Assembly: GCA_963769025.1 (NCBI GenBank)
Contig: CAVYKI010000009.1
Span: forward strand, 544,001-608,000
Source: an uncultured Verrucomicrobiae bacterium
GTDB taxonomy: Bacteria > Verrucomicrobiota > Verrucomicrobiia > Chthoniobacterales > Chthoniobacteraceae
Direction: 5' to 3'
Length of the DNA: 64,000 nucleotides
Shown here: piece after piece, positions 27,705 to 36,698 of the stretch
Position numbering within the stretch: position 1 is the first letter of the stretch
How the letters are laid out: each line of letters starts with the position of its first letter
Notes under the pieces: generated by a model
Databases searched by the model: none
Told to the model about the DNA's origin: nothing
The model's input: only the letters and a program-made list of their open reading frames with translations
Made by a program: the position numbers and the translations under genes

Positions 27705-28640
27705 TTACAGCGTGATGGGGTCCATGTAGGTGAAGGAGCGCACGGAGCCGTTGATGTAGGCGGCGACCCGCACCGTCTGGGGGCCGGTGGTGCCGGCGGG
27801 GATGAGTACGCTCAGGGAGGTGGGGGTGACGGTGCCATAGACGGTGCAGCGCACTTCGGCGTTGTTGCCGGTGCGGAGAAAGACTCCCTGGGTCGTGTCA
27901 GTCTTCTGGAAGCGGAGGTTGCTGCCGCTGATTTCGACCATGGTGCCGGCGACGTAGTGGTCCTGCTGGCCGTTTTCCTGGCTGCAGATGGAGTCGATGA
28001 GCGGGCTGACTTTGCCCACCTCGCCCATGCTTTCGATCGTGAGGCTGGAGCGCCAGTTGGCGATGGTGTCGGCGGTGAATGAAAGCGCAACGGAGGCATT
28101 GAGTTCATCCGGGTTGTTAAAGCCGCTCGGGGTGGGCTGGCTGCCGCCGCTGGTGGGGCGGAAGCGCAGCCGGCCTAGGAGGCCCTGCGAGAAGCCGCCG
28201 GTGGCGGCGGCGACGAGGAGCTTGTCGAGGAACGTGCCGACGGCGGCGGTGACCTGCTCGGCGGTGAGGCCCGTGGCGGCGGCGACCTGCGCGATGAGGG
28301 CCGCCTCGGTGATGGCTTCGCCCAAGACCGGGCGTGTGGTGAATCCGCCGTTGGGGTTTGGTGCGATGTTGTATTGGAACGTGTTCATATTTGTGGATGG
28401 TTGGTTTGCGGGTGTTGTGGGTGCGTTGCTGCTGTCTTTTGGTTTCGGTTTGCGTCGGAAGGGTTTCTTTTTGGGCTTCGGTTCAGGACCGGGGATCTGG
28501 CCGGGGTAGGGGGTAAAGCCGGGGTCCCCGGGCTCGAGGTACATGCCGATGCCCTCGTCATTGAAAAAGAGGTTCGGGTCATCCCACGTGAAGGGCGTGC
28601 CCGTGAAGGGATTGGTCATATCCCAGTACAGAGGCTTCAT
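27705..28640 (-). CDS. HU-like DNA-binding domain + DUF4469 (Ig-like) protein with a Trp-Asp leader
   Basis: Leader MKPLYWDMTNPFTGTPFTWDDPNL, Lys/Pro linker, internal Met at 28388. HU-like ALIAQVAAATGLTAEQV...LGRLRFRPTSGG; Ig-like PLIDSI...VEISGSNLRF...QGVFL. Confidence 0.75.
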   Translation of the reverse strand: MKPLYWDMTNPFTGTPFTWDDPNLFFNDEGIGMYLEPGDPGFTPYPGQIPGPEPKPKKKPFRRKPKPKDSSNAPTTPANQPSTNMNTFQYNIAPNPNGGFTTRPVLGEAITEAALIAQVAAATGLTAEQVTAAVGTFLDKLLVAAATGGFSQGLLGRLRFRPTSGGSQPTPSGFNNPDELNASVALSFTADTIANWRSSLTIESMGEVGKVSPLIDSICSQENGQQDHYVAGTMVEISGSNLRFQKTDTTQGVFLRTGNNAEVRCTVYGTVTPTSLSVLIPAGTTGPQTVRVAAYINGSVRSFTYMDPITL

Positions 28641-28850
28641 GGGAGCGGGTGCGGATTCACGGGCAATGGCAGGCGCGCAAGCATGTGGAGGGAGGGATTC
28701 CTGATATCCAATTTTCAACACCCAATCCGGGCGCGTTTGTTACGCGCAAAAGCGGGGTCCCGTTCAAAGTCCGCGGCACCTTCCCCGCGTGGGCGGCGGT
28801 CTCGGGCGTGCATGCTTGCTCCGCACGGGCGGGGCGGGGATATTCCGCGC

Positions 28851-29321
28851 ATGAGTGCCAAACCGATTCCCGACGGCTATGCCGCCATCAACCCTTACCT
28901 CATCATCGATGGCGCGGCGCGTGCCATCGAGTTTTACAAGGACGTCTTCGGCGCCACCGAGCGCATGCGGATGCCGACGCCGGCCGGCACCGTCGGCCAT
29001 GCGGAACTGACCATCGGCGGCAGCGTGGTGATGCTGGCGGACCCGTGTCCGGAGATGAAGGCGTTCGCCCCGGCGGCGGGCGCGAGCGTTCCGGTGAGCC
29101 TGGTGCTCTACATTCCCGAGGTGGATGCGGTGGTGGCGCGCGCGGTGGCCGCGGGCGCGAAGCTGGAGATGGCCGTGGAGACGAAATTCTACGGGGACCG
29201 CAGCGGTTGCATCGTGGATCCATTCGGCCACCGCTGGCATGTCTCCACGCATGTGGAGGACGTTTCAGCCGAGGAAATGCAGAGGCGCATGGCCGCGATG
29301 AAGCCGGGCGGGGCCGGGTGA
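28851..29321 (+). CDS. VOC family glyoxalase/bleomycin-resistance (PhnB-like) protein
   Basis: KPIPDGY..INPYL, AIEFYKDVFGA, HAELTIGGS, FYGDRSG...DPFGHRW. Confidence 0.93.
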   Translation: MSAKPIPDGYAAINPYLIIDGAARAIEFYKDVFGATERMRMPTPAGTVGHAELTIGGSVVMLADPCPEMKAFAPAAGASVPVSLVLYIPEVDAVVARAVAAGAKLEMAVETKFYGDRSGCIVDPFGHRWHVSTHVEDVSAEEMQRRMAAMKPGGAG

Positions 29322-29371
29322 GGCCGGTGTGACGAAGCGGCGCCGCGTTCCGGAGCGGAAGCGGTCGCCGG

Positions 29372-30631
29372 TTACCGGCCCGTTGCGAGGTCGAGGAAGA
29401 CGATGATGGAGGGATTGCCGACGGGCGTGTATTGGCCGGTGAAGGCCAGGGCGCCCGTCCTCCGATCCACGCGGAAGGTCGTGATGTTATCGGCGCGCTG
29501 GTTGCACGAGTAGAGGAACGCGCCCGTGGGATCGAAGCTGAAGCTGCGCGGGTAGTCGCCGCGGGTCCATTCCTCGCCGACAAAGGTCAGCGTGCCATTT
29601 TCGCCGATGGCAAAGCACGCGAGGCCGTCGTGCAGGCGATTGGCCGCATAGACGAAGCGGCCATCGTGCGAGACCGTGATCTCGGAGCAGAAATTGCTGC
29701 CTGCGTATCCCGGCGGAAGGCTGGAGATGGTCTGTCGCGGGGCGAGGCGTCCTTTCTCCGCGTCGTAGTCGAAGAGGACGATGTTCGACCCTTCCTCCTG
29801 CAGCGAGTAGAGCCAGCGGCCGTTCGGGTGGAAGGAGAAGTGCCGCGGGCCGTCGCCGGGCGGCAGCGCGATCGCGTGGGGATCATTCGGGGACAGGATG
29901 CCGGTGCGGTCGTCGAACTTCCATACGAGGATCTGGTCCAGCCCCAGATCGGAATGCACGACGAAGCGTCCGGACGGGTCCGCCTCGATCATGTGCGCGT
30001 GCGGCTGGTCGTGGCCGCTGATGGCGAAGCTCCCGGCGGGAGCGTTCGTGGCCTTCTTCGGACCGACGGTGCCGGCGTCCTTTTTGATGTCGGTCGCGGG
30101 GCCGAGCTTTCCATCCGCGAGGATGGGGAGCACCGCGACGGAGCCGCCGAAGTAATTGGCCACGAGCACGAACTTCCCGGACGGGTGGATGCTGACATGC
30201 GTGGGCCCTGCGCCGCCGGAGCTGACGGTGTTGAGCAATGTCAACTGGCCGTCCGCGCGGTTGATCGCGAAGGCACTGACGGTGCCGGGATCACTTTCGC
30301 CCATCCGGTCCGTTTCGTTCGCGGAATACATGCGCGTCCCGGCGGAATTGATGACGAGGCCGCTCGGACTCGATCCCATTTCAAACACGCCATGCGGGGA
30401 CAGCACGCCCGTGGTGCGATCCACACGGAACAGGTGGATGCCGCGGCCGTTTCCCGGCGGCAGGTCCACCTGCGTGGGGCGCACATCGCGGAGCGGCGCG
30501 CTGTAGGTGCCGACGTACGCGATGAGCGGAGGCGCAGTGTCCACCTGCGCAAAGGCCGGGACCGCGCTGCCCGCGGCGAGGGTTGCGGTCGCCTTCAGGA
30601 ATGAGCGACGCGAGAGGGCGGGGGCAATCAT
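29372..30631 (-). CDS. 6-phosphogluconolactonase-like lactonase, Tat-exported
   Basis: SRRSFLK Tat motif; YVGTY, VANYFGGSV, PHAHMI..DPSG, GPRHFSFHP, YPRSF beta-propeller motifs. Confidence 0.92.
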   Translation of the reverse strand: MIAPALSRRSFLKATATLAAGSAVPAFAQVDTAPPLIAYVGTYSAPLRDVRPTQVDLPPGNGRGIHLFRVDRTTGVLSPHGVFEMGSSPSGLVINSAGTRMYSANETDRMGESDPGTVSAFAINRADGQLTLLNTVSSGGAGPTHVSIHPSGKFVLVANYFGGSVAVLPILADGKLGPATDIKKDAGTVGPKKATNAPAGSFAISGHDQPHAHMIEADPSGRFVVHSDLGLDQILVWKFDDRTGILSPNDPHAIALPPGDGPRHFSFHPNGRWLYSLQEEGSNIVLFDYDAEKGRLAPRQTISSLPPGYAGSNFCSEITVSHDGRFVYAANRLHDGLACFAIGENGTLTFVGEEWTRGDYPRSFSFDPTGAFLYSCNQRADNITTFRVDRRTGALAFTGQYTPVGNPSIIVFLDLATGR

Positions 30632-30659
30632 GCGGGAGTTCGGCTGCGATGCGCGGCGG

Positions 30660-31646
30660 TTACTTCACCACAGGACGCAGGACGATGTTGCGGTAGTCGA
30701 TGTTCGTGTGGTCGCCCTGAAACATGATGGGGCCGGGCTTGAATTCGTCGCTGGTCATCGCGCCGCCGGTGCAGCCGAGCACGGGCTGGTTGTCGATGAT
30801 GGTCTTCCCATTCAGGATGACGGTGACGTGGCGATCCACGAGCGTGATGTCCATCGTCTGCCATTCGCCGATCGGCTTTTCGGCGGCGACGCTCGGCGTG
30901 ATGCGGCTGTAGAGCGCGCCCATGTTGTGCGAGTCGAGCGGCTTTCCAAAGCTCTCGGCGATCTGGATCTCATAGATGCCGCGGAGGTAGATGCCGCTGT
31001 TGCTGCGCTCCTCGGTGCGCACTTCGAGCGTGAGCCTGAAGTCCTCAAACTCGGCATCGGTGCGGAGGTTGCCATGGCGCTTGCCGGGCGTGACGCGGTT
31101 CATGAGCACGCCGTCCTGCACGCTCCAGCCGTTGTCCGCATTCGGCTGCGTGAGGCGCCAGCCGGTGAGGTCCTTGCCGTTGAAGATCGAGATCGGCGCG
31201 CCGAATTTCACCTTCGACAGATCCGGCGTGGCGGGCACGGGCGGGATGCGCTTGCCGGTGAACTCCGCCTTCGCGAACTCCTTGCCGTCGGCTTTCGCCT
31301 TCACGGTGGTGAGGGCAAGCGTATCGCCGGAGAGTTTCGCGGTGATGGTCTCGGTGACTTTGTCCTGCTGTTCCTTCCCGTCCTTGTCCTTCTTCTTCGC
31401 GCCCGCGACGCGCGTGACGATGAGGGTGTCGCCTTCGACCTTCGTGCTGGTGACCGGCACTACGCTGCCGCCGCCCCAGAGGATGCTGCCCTTGAGTGCG
31501 CCGTCCTTTTCCTCGATGCCCAGCCATCCCGCGCCGCCTCCGGGGATCGTGAGGGCGAAGCGGCCGACGAATGGATTATCCGCGGCACGGAGCAATGGGC
31601 AGGCGCCGAGCGCGAGGAGCGTGATGAGACGGGCGAGGAGTTTCAT
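30660..31646 (-). CDS. DUF1080 (3-keto-disaccharide hydrolase family) secreted protein
   Basis: Signal peptide; FNGKDLTGW, WSVQDGVL, NSGIYLRG.YEIQI, GEWQ, GPIMFQGDH, YRNI. Confidence 0.92.
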   Translation of the reverse strand: MKLLARLITLLALGACPLLRAADNPFVGRFALTIPGGGAGWLGIEEKDGALKGSILWGGGSVVPVTSTKVEGDTLIVTRVAGAKKKDKDGKEQQDKVTETITAKLSGDTLALTTVKAKADGKEFAKAEFTGKRIPPVPATPDLSKVKFGAPISIFNGKDLTGWRLTQPNADNGWSVQDGVLMNRVTPGKRHGNLRTDAEFEDFRLTLEVRTEERSNSGIYLRGIYEIQIAESFGKPLDSHNMGALYSRITPSVAAEKPIGEWQTMDITLVDRHVTVILNGKTIIDNQPVLGCTGGAMTSDEFKPGPIMFQGDHTNIDYRNIVLRPVVK

Positions 31647-31851
31647 GATGGGAGTGGGGATGGTGAGGTGAGGCTAGGGAAATGGGTGAGCGCCAGGGCA
31701 AGAGCGACAAGGGGTTTCATGGTTGAAGGCTGGGGGCGGTGTTGCGAAGGCCGCCGAATCTACAGGCCGCCCACGCGAACGGGAAGGTCAATGCTGGCGT
31801 CGCGCTGTCTTGGCGATTCGACGAAGTGGGCACGCCCTTCCCTATGGGCGG

Positions 31852-33348
31852 CTACTTTACCTCGGGCGGCACAGAGCCGTAGCTCCATGGCTCTGTGAAG
31901 GGCGGGGCTTTGGCGCGTTCGGGGAGCGGAGCGGGGGTGAACTGGCGGGCGAGGGCGAGTGCGGCGTCCACGAATTGGCGACCGGCGGTGATTTCGAGAT
32001 TCGAGTAGCTCGTGAGGCGCGTCTCGTAACCGCCGCCGCCGACGCCGAAGGCTTCCTCGGTCGGCACGTAGCCGACGCAGCCGTTCGCGAGCTCGACCGG
32101 GATGGTCATCTTGAAGTTGCTGCGCTTTTTCAAATCGAGTCCGAACTCGACGAAGAACTCCGCCTGATTCGTAAGGAAGACAGCGGGGCCGACCTGGATG
32201 GCCTGCACCTCGACTTCGACCTCGGGCGATTTCGCGATCAGCGCGTCGAGCAGGACGATCTCCTTGGCGAAGGTCCACTCGGTCGTGCCGACTTCCTTCG
32301 GGTTCTTCTTGGTGTCCTCGAGGCAGCGGGCGACGCGCGCGGGGTCGGGGATGCGGCGCTTCACGTTCCACGTCTTCACCTTTGCGTCGACGGGAAAGGG
32401 TCCGGCGCTCCGCTCGGCGCGCCAGAGGGTCTTCAGCGCTTCAGTGCCGACGGTGCCGCCGATGTTCTGGGCGTGCCAATCGGCGGACTTCGGAGCGAAG
32501 GGGTCGAGATTATCCACCTGCGTGATGTCGCCGCAGCAGCCTTGCAGAAAGACGACGGGAACATCCGCGCCGAGTCCGCCGCGGACGGTTTTTTCGAGGA
32601 AGTAGATCCAGTTCGCCGAAAATGCCCCCGGCCCTGTCGTCGCGTGGCAGGCGAAATTCACGATGACGCCGAGCGGCTTCCCGTCCTTCGTCCATGCGCC
32701 GATCGTCGAGACCTCCGGGTCCACCGGACCCGCGTAGCCGAGGATGTCGGGATTGCCCGGCCGCGCGTGGCTGTACGCGAGGCCGTTCTTCATGCGCTGG
32801 CGGCGGTTGAAGGCGACTCCCTCGGCGCGGCCGACTCCAAAGCTCAGCAGCACGTCCACCTTCCCCGCGTCCGCCGCGGCGACGGCGTCCACGATGCCGG
32901 TGATGAAGCGTTCGAGATACTTCGGATCGGCGGCGGAGGATTTTTCGTACGCGAGTTCCTGCACGTGTTTCGACGCGTGGTCGAATTCCCCCGGCAGCAC
33001 CATCCCCACCGGCCCGGACGTGTGGGAATGCGATGCGCCGAGCAGAATGCAATCCCCCGGGATGCCCGTGCGCTCCGCGATGCGCCGCCGCGCCTCGAGC
33101 GCCGTCTCGCGGCGGATGATGAGCGAATCCAGCCCCACAAGCGCGACGCGGCGTTTGCCATCATCGAACACCGCGGCTCGCACCTTCGGCGGGTCATGGA
33201 TCACTTTGCCATAGGATTTCCCATACCCGCCCGGCACTTCCATGCCGATGTCCGGCGCGACCTCGCGGTCGGCGAAACCGGCCTTGATACCATCGGCGCG
33301 GACGAAGGTGGTGAATAGGGAGAGGCAGAGGACGGGGAGGAATTTCAT
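31852..33348 (-). CDS. Neutral/alkaline ceramidase-like secreted hydrolase
   Basis: Signal peptide; AGFA.REV.P, HDPPKVRA, ASHSHTSGP, FNRR, VNFACH, FLQGCCGDI, LANGCVGYVPT..AF..GGYE. Confidence 0.75.
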   Translation of the reverse strand: MKFLPVLCLSLFTTFVRADGIKAGFADREVAPDIGMEVPGGYGKSYGKVIHDPPKVRAAVFDDGKRRVALVGLDSLIIRRETALEARRRIAERTGIPGDCILLGASHSHTSGPVGMVLPGEFDHASKHVQELAYEKSSAADPKYLERFITGIVDAVAAADAGKVDVLLSFGVGRAEGVAFNRRQRMKNGLAYSHARPGNPDILGYAGPVDPEVSTIGAWTKDGKPLGVIVNFACHATTGPGAFSANWIYFLEKTVRGGLGADVPVVFLQGCCGDITQVDNLDPFAPKSADWHAQNIGGTVGTEALKTLWRAERSAGPFPVDAKVKTWNVKRRIPDPARVARCLEDTKKNPKEVGTTEWTFAKEIVLLDALIAKSPEVEVEVQAIQVGPAVFLTNQAEFFVEFGLDLKKRSNFKMTIPVELANGCVGYVPTEEAFGVGGGGYETRLTSYSNLEITAGRQFVDAALALARQFTPAPLPERAKAPPFTEPWSYGSVPPEVK

Positions 33349-33493
33349 GCGGGTGAGGGGACGGGAGGGATTCGCAGGTGTCAGCCATTTCGAGCGCATG
33401 GCGCGGACTTCCTTTGGAAAAAGTCGGCTGCGGCGCGCGTTGGCGGTTGCTTAGTTTGGCTGCATTTGCATTTTGGCGGGCGCTCACGACCTC

Positions 33494-34384
33494 ATGATCC
33501 AGTTCATCCACGAAATCCACGAATCCTGCCGCGCTGCAAAGAGGCCTGCGGTCTCGTTTGAGTTTTTCCCGCCGAAGACACCCGAGGGCGACCGCAATCT
33601 CCTCGAAAAGACGATCCCGGCGCTCATGCCTCTGAAGCCGGACTATTGCTCGGTGACCTACGGCGCCGGCGGCTCGACGCGCGACAAGACCATCGGAATC
33701 GTGGACCGCATCCAGCGTGAGCATTCATTGACGACGATGATGCACCTGACGTGCGTGAACTCGACCAAGGAGGAACTCGCATCCGTGCTTGCCGAGGCGC
33801 GCGGACGGGGCATCAAGAACATCCTAGCGCTGCGCGGCGATCCGCCGACCGGCGAGGCGGAGTGGACGGCGACGGAGGGCGGCTTCACCTACTCGTCGCA
33901 GCTCGTCGCGTTTCTCAAGGAGCTCGGCGGCTTTTCCATCGGCACGGCGGGTTTCCCTGAGGGACACATCGCGCAGAAGGGCGGCAAGATGGCGGACTGG
34001 GGTTACCTCCGTGAGAAGATCGCGGCGGGTGCCCACTTCGTGATCACGCAGCTCTTTTTCGACAACGAAGATTTTTACCGCTTCCAGGAATACCTCGCGA
34101 AGCACGGCGTGACGGTGCCGATCATCCCCGGCATCCTGCCGGTCTCCTCGGCGAAGCAGACGAAGAAATTCACTGAGTTGTGCGGCGCGCGCCTGCCGGA
34201 GCCCTTCCTGAAACGGCTCGATGAGATCGGCGAAGACGACGAGACGGCGACGCAATTTGGCATCGAATACGCGACCGAGCAGTGCCGCGCGCTGCTGAAT
34301 GCCGGCGTGCCGGGCATCCATTTTTACACGCTGAACAAGGTGCGCTCGACGACGGCCATCGTGCGGAATCTCGGGCTCGCCTGA
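33494..34384 (+). CDS. metF: 5,10-methylenetetrahydrofolate reductase
   Basis: SFEFFPPKT, SVTYGAGGS, HLTCV, ILALRGDPP, ITQLFFD, IHFYTLN. Confidence 0.96.
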   Translation: MIQFIHEIHESCRAAKRPAVSFEFFPPKTPEGDRNLLEKTIPALMPLKPDYCSVTYGAGGSTRDKTIGIVDRIQREHSLTTMMHLTCVNSTKEELASVLAEARGRGIKNILALRGDPPTGEAEWTATEGGFTYSSQLVAFLKELGGFSIGTAGFPEGHIAQKGGKMADWGYLREKIAAGAHFVITQLFFDNEDFYRFQEYLAKHGVTVPIIPGILPVSSAKQTKKFTELCGARLPEPFLKRLDEIGEDDETATQFGIEYATEQCRALLNAGVPGIHFYTLNKVRSTTAIVRNLGLA

Positions 34385-34416
34385 GCATGCGTGCCGGTGC
34401 GCCATCTGTGCCGCCC

Positions 34417-35499
34417 ATGAAAATCTCCACGCTCGTCGCATTTGTCGCACTCCTGGTGTCCGGGCCCGTGCACGGTGCCCCGCCCGCGGCGGAAAAACCT
34501 CCGGTGCTTTCCGCCGCGGAGATTGTCTCGCAGCTCGACGGGCTTTTCGACGCGGACGAGGAAAACGAGGAGGTGGTTTCTGCCGAGCGGTTCGTCGCAA
34601 TTTTGAAACGGAAGATGGCGCGATTCGATCGGCTTGCGGCGGATTTCCGCGCGCGTTTTCCCAATCATCCGCTCCGCTGGAAAGTGCTGCTGCTCGATGC
34701 GCTGCACCTGCCGATCCGCGAGCAGGCCGGGCTGCCGGTGCCGTCGGAAAAAACGGCCGACGCGATGTTTGATTCCATCCTCGCCGCCGCCGATGCGCCG
34801 CCGGAAGTGAAGTCCGACGCGAGCGTGCAACGCCTCATGCTCTCGGCCGAGAAGGTGGGCGACAAGAAGCTGGCACTCGACGAATGGGAGAAGCGGCTGA
34901 CGAAGCACTGGGAGGATTTTCCCGCCGCGGCTGACAATGCGGCGCTGGAGGAACTGCACCTCGGCATGGTGGAGGAATTCGCGCCGGCCCGCATCGAGGC
35001 GCTGGTCGCGCTGCTCGCCGCCCGCAAGGACCCCGCGATTTCCGAAATGGCGAAGGAGAAGCAGGCCGGGCTGAAGCGGATGGCGGAGCTGAAGAGCAAG
35101 CCGGTCGAGCTGAAGTTCAAGGCGATCGACGGCTCGGAAGTGGACCTGGCGAAGCTGCGGGGGAAGGTGGTGCTCGTGGATTTCTGGGCGACGTGGTGCG
35201 GCCCGTGCATGGCGGAACTGCCGAAGCTGCTCGCGGCCTACGCGAAGTTTCACGACCGCGGATTCGAGATCGTCGGCATCTCGCTCGACGAGGACGAGGC
35301 CGCGCTGAAACGCGTGCTCAAGACGAAGAGGATCGCCTGGCCGCAGTACTTCGACGGGCGGGGATGGGACACGGAGATCGCGCATCGCTTCGGCATCACC
35401 GCGCTCCCGACGACATGGCTCGTGAACAAGGAGGGGATGCTCGTGGAGGTGAATCCCGAGGCCGATCTCGCGGAGAAGATCGAGAGTCTGCTCCGGTAG
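34417..35499 (+). CDS. TlpA-family disulfide reductase (exported thioredoxin-like)
   Basis: Signal peptide; GKVVLVDFWATWCGPC, GISLD, GITALPT. Confidence 0.92.
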   Translation: MKISTLVAFVALLVSGPVHGAPPAAEKPPVLSAAEIVSQLDGLFDADEENEEVVSAERFVAILKRKMARFDRLAADFRARFPNHPLRWKVLLLDALHLPIREQAGLPVPSEKTADAMFDSILAAADAPPEVKSDASVQRLMLSAEKVGDKKLALDEWEKRLTKHWEDFPAAADNAALEELHLGMVEEFAPARIEALVALLAARKDPAISEMAKEKQAGLKRMAELKSKPVELKFKAIDGSEVDLAKLRGKVVLVDFWATWCGPCMAELPKLLAAYAKFHDRGFEIVGISLDEDEAALKRVLKTKRIAWPQYFDGRGWDTEIAHRFGITALPTTWLVNKEGMLVEVNPEADLAEKIESLLR

Positions 35500-35521
35500 G
35501 GCGCTTTCGCCGAAAGCGCCC
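35496..35521 (+). repeat. GTAG-type REP-like palindrome overlapping the TlpA stop codon
   Basis: GTAG followed by the perfect inverted repeat GGGCGCTTTCG-C-CGAAAGCGCCC. Confidence 0.6.
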
Positions 35522-35600
35522 ACTCTTCCTTTTCGTTGCCACGCGACCCCGCGCCAAAATCCGCTCGCATGCCCCGCCACGCGGCGTTACCGAAGCCGAT

Positions 35601-36021
35601 ATGCAAGCGCACTTCGTCCTAATCGAAACGACCTACGACGGCCAGCTCCGCACCACGGCGACCCATGGGCCGAGCGGCAATTCGCTCATCACCGATGCGC
35701 CGGTGGACAATCACGGTCGCGGCGAATCCTTTTCCCCGACCGATCTCGTCGCCACGGCGCTCGGCACGTGCATGGCGACGGTGATGGGCATCTATGCCGA
35801 GCGGCATGCGATCGACCTGAAGGGGATGCGCCTCACGGTGAAAAAGGAAATGGTGCAGACTCCCGTGCGCCGCATCGGCCGGCTCACGAGCGAAATTCAC
35901 ATCCCGCTCCCGGCGGATCATCCGCATCGCGCAGCGCTCGAGCGCGCGGCGCTCACCTGTCCCGTCCACGCCAGCCTCCATCCCGAGATGGAAAAGCCGG
36001 TGACTCTTCCACTGGAAGTAG
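35601..36021 (+). CDS. OsmC family protein (probable 1-nt frameshift near the 3' end)
   Basis: TDAPVDNHGRGESFSPTDLVATALGTCM...CPVHASLHP. Removing one base near 36005 gives VTFHWK-stop at 36021. Confidence 0.88.
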
Positions 36022-36147
36022 CGACCGCGACATTCGCAGCCCGGTTTATTTCTGTCTATTGCGCCCCGTTGTGGCGATTCGGCGCGGGCGGCTTGCCGAG
36101 GAATTTTGCTGTTGGCGATGACGCACGGCCGCCTCTATCTGCGTGGC

Positions 36148-36654
36148 ATGTTTCTCCGCACGTTTGTCGCCCTCGCTGCCGTCGTGATGCTCGCTGGCTG
36201 TCCGGTGCCTGACAAAAAATCGAAAAAGGCGAAGGGCAAGGAGCAGCCGCAGATCAAGGACCAGAGCTCGGATGCCTCGTTCCAGGCGTTCCTCGGGCGG
36301 CTGAGCAAGGCGGTGGAACTCCGCGACAAGATGATGCTGGCGTCGATGATGGCGCCGGACTTCGGCTACCGCTGGGACAACGGGCCGGAAGGCGAGACTC
36401 CGTTCGCCTACTGGGATCGCAACAAGCTCTGGGGCGAACTCTCGGCGCTGCTGCGCGAGCGGTGGACGCCGCACGATGCCTTCATGGTGGTGCCGCCTCA
36501 GTTTGCGCAGAGTGACAGCTATCCCGGTTACCGGGCCGGGCTGACGATGGTGAACGGGAGTTGGCGCTTCGCGTATTTTGTGGCCGCGCCGCCGGCCGGT
36601 GGAGCACCGCAGGAGCCGGCTGATCAGGAGTCGCTCCCTCCGCTTCCGCAGTGA
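36148..36654 (+). CDS. Hypothetical lipoprotein
   Basis: Lipobox VVMLAGC, Lys-rich linker, host-like codon usage. Confidence 0.75.
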   Translation: MFLRTFVALAAVVMLAGCPVPDKKSKKAKGKEQPQIKDQSSDASFQAFLGRLSKAVELRDKMMLASMMAPDFGYRWDNGPEGETPFAYWDRNKLWGELSALLRERWTPHDAFMVVPPQFAQSDSYPGYRAGLTMVNGSWRFAYFVAAPPAGGAPQEPADQESLPPLPQ

Positions 36655-36698
36655 GCTGAGGCGATTGGCACTTTTGCGAAACGGCTGACCGGTGGCCG

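Noticed and set aside
33400..33493. SAM or SAH riboswitch upstream of metF
   Set aside because: The leader is short and shows no recognisable riboswitch consensus.
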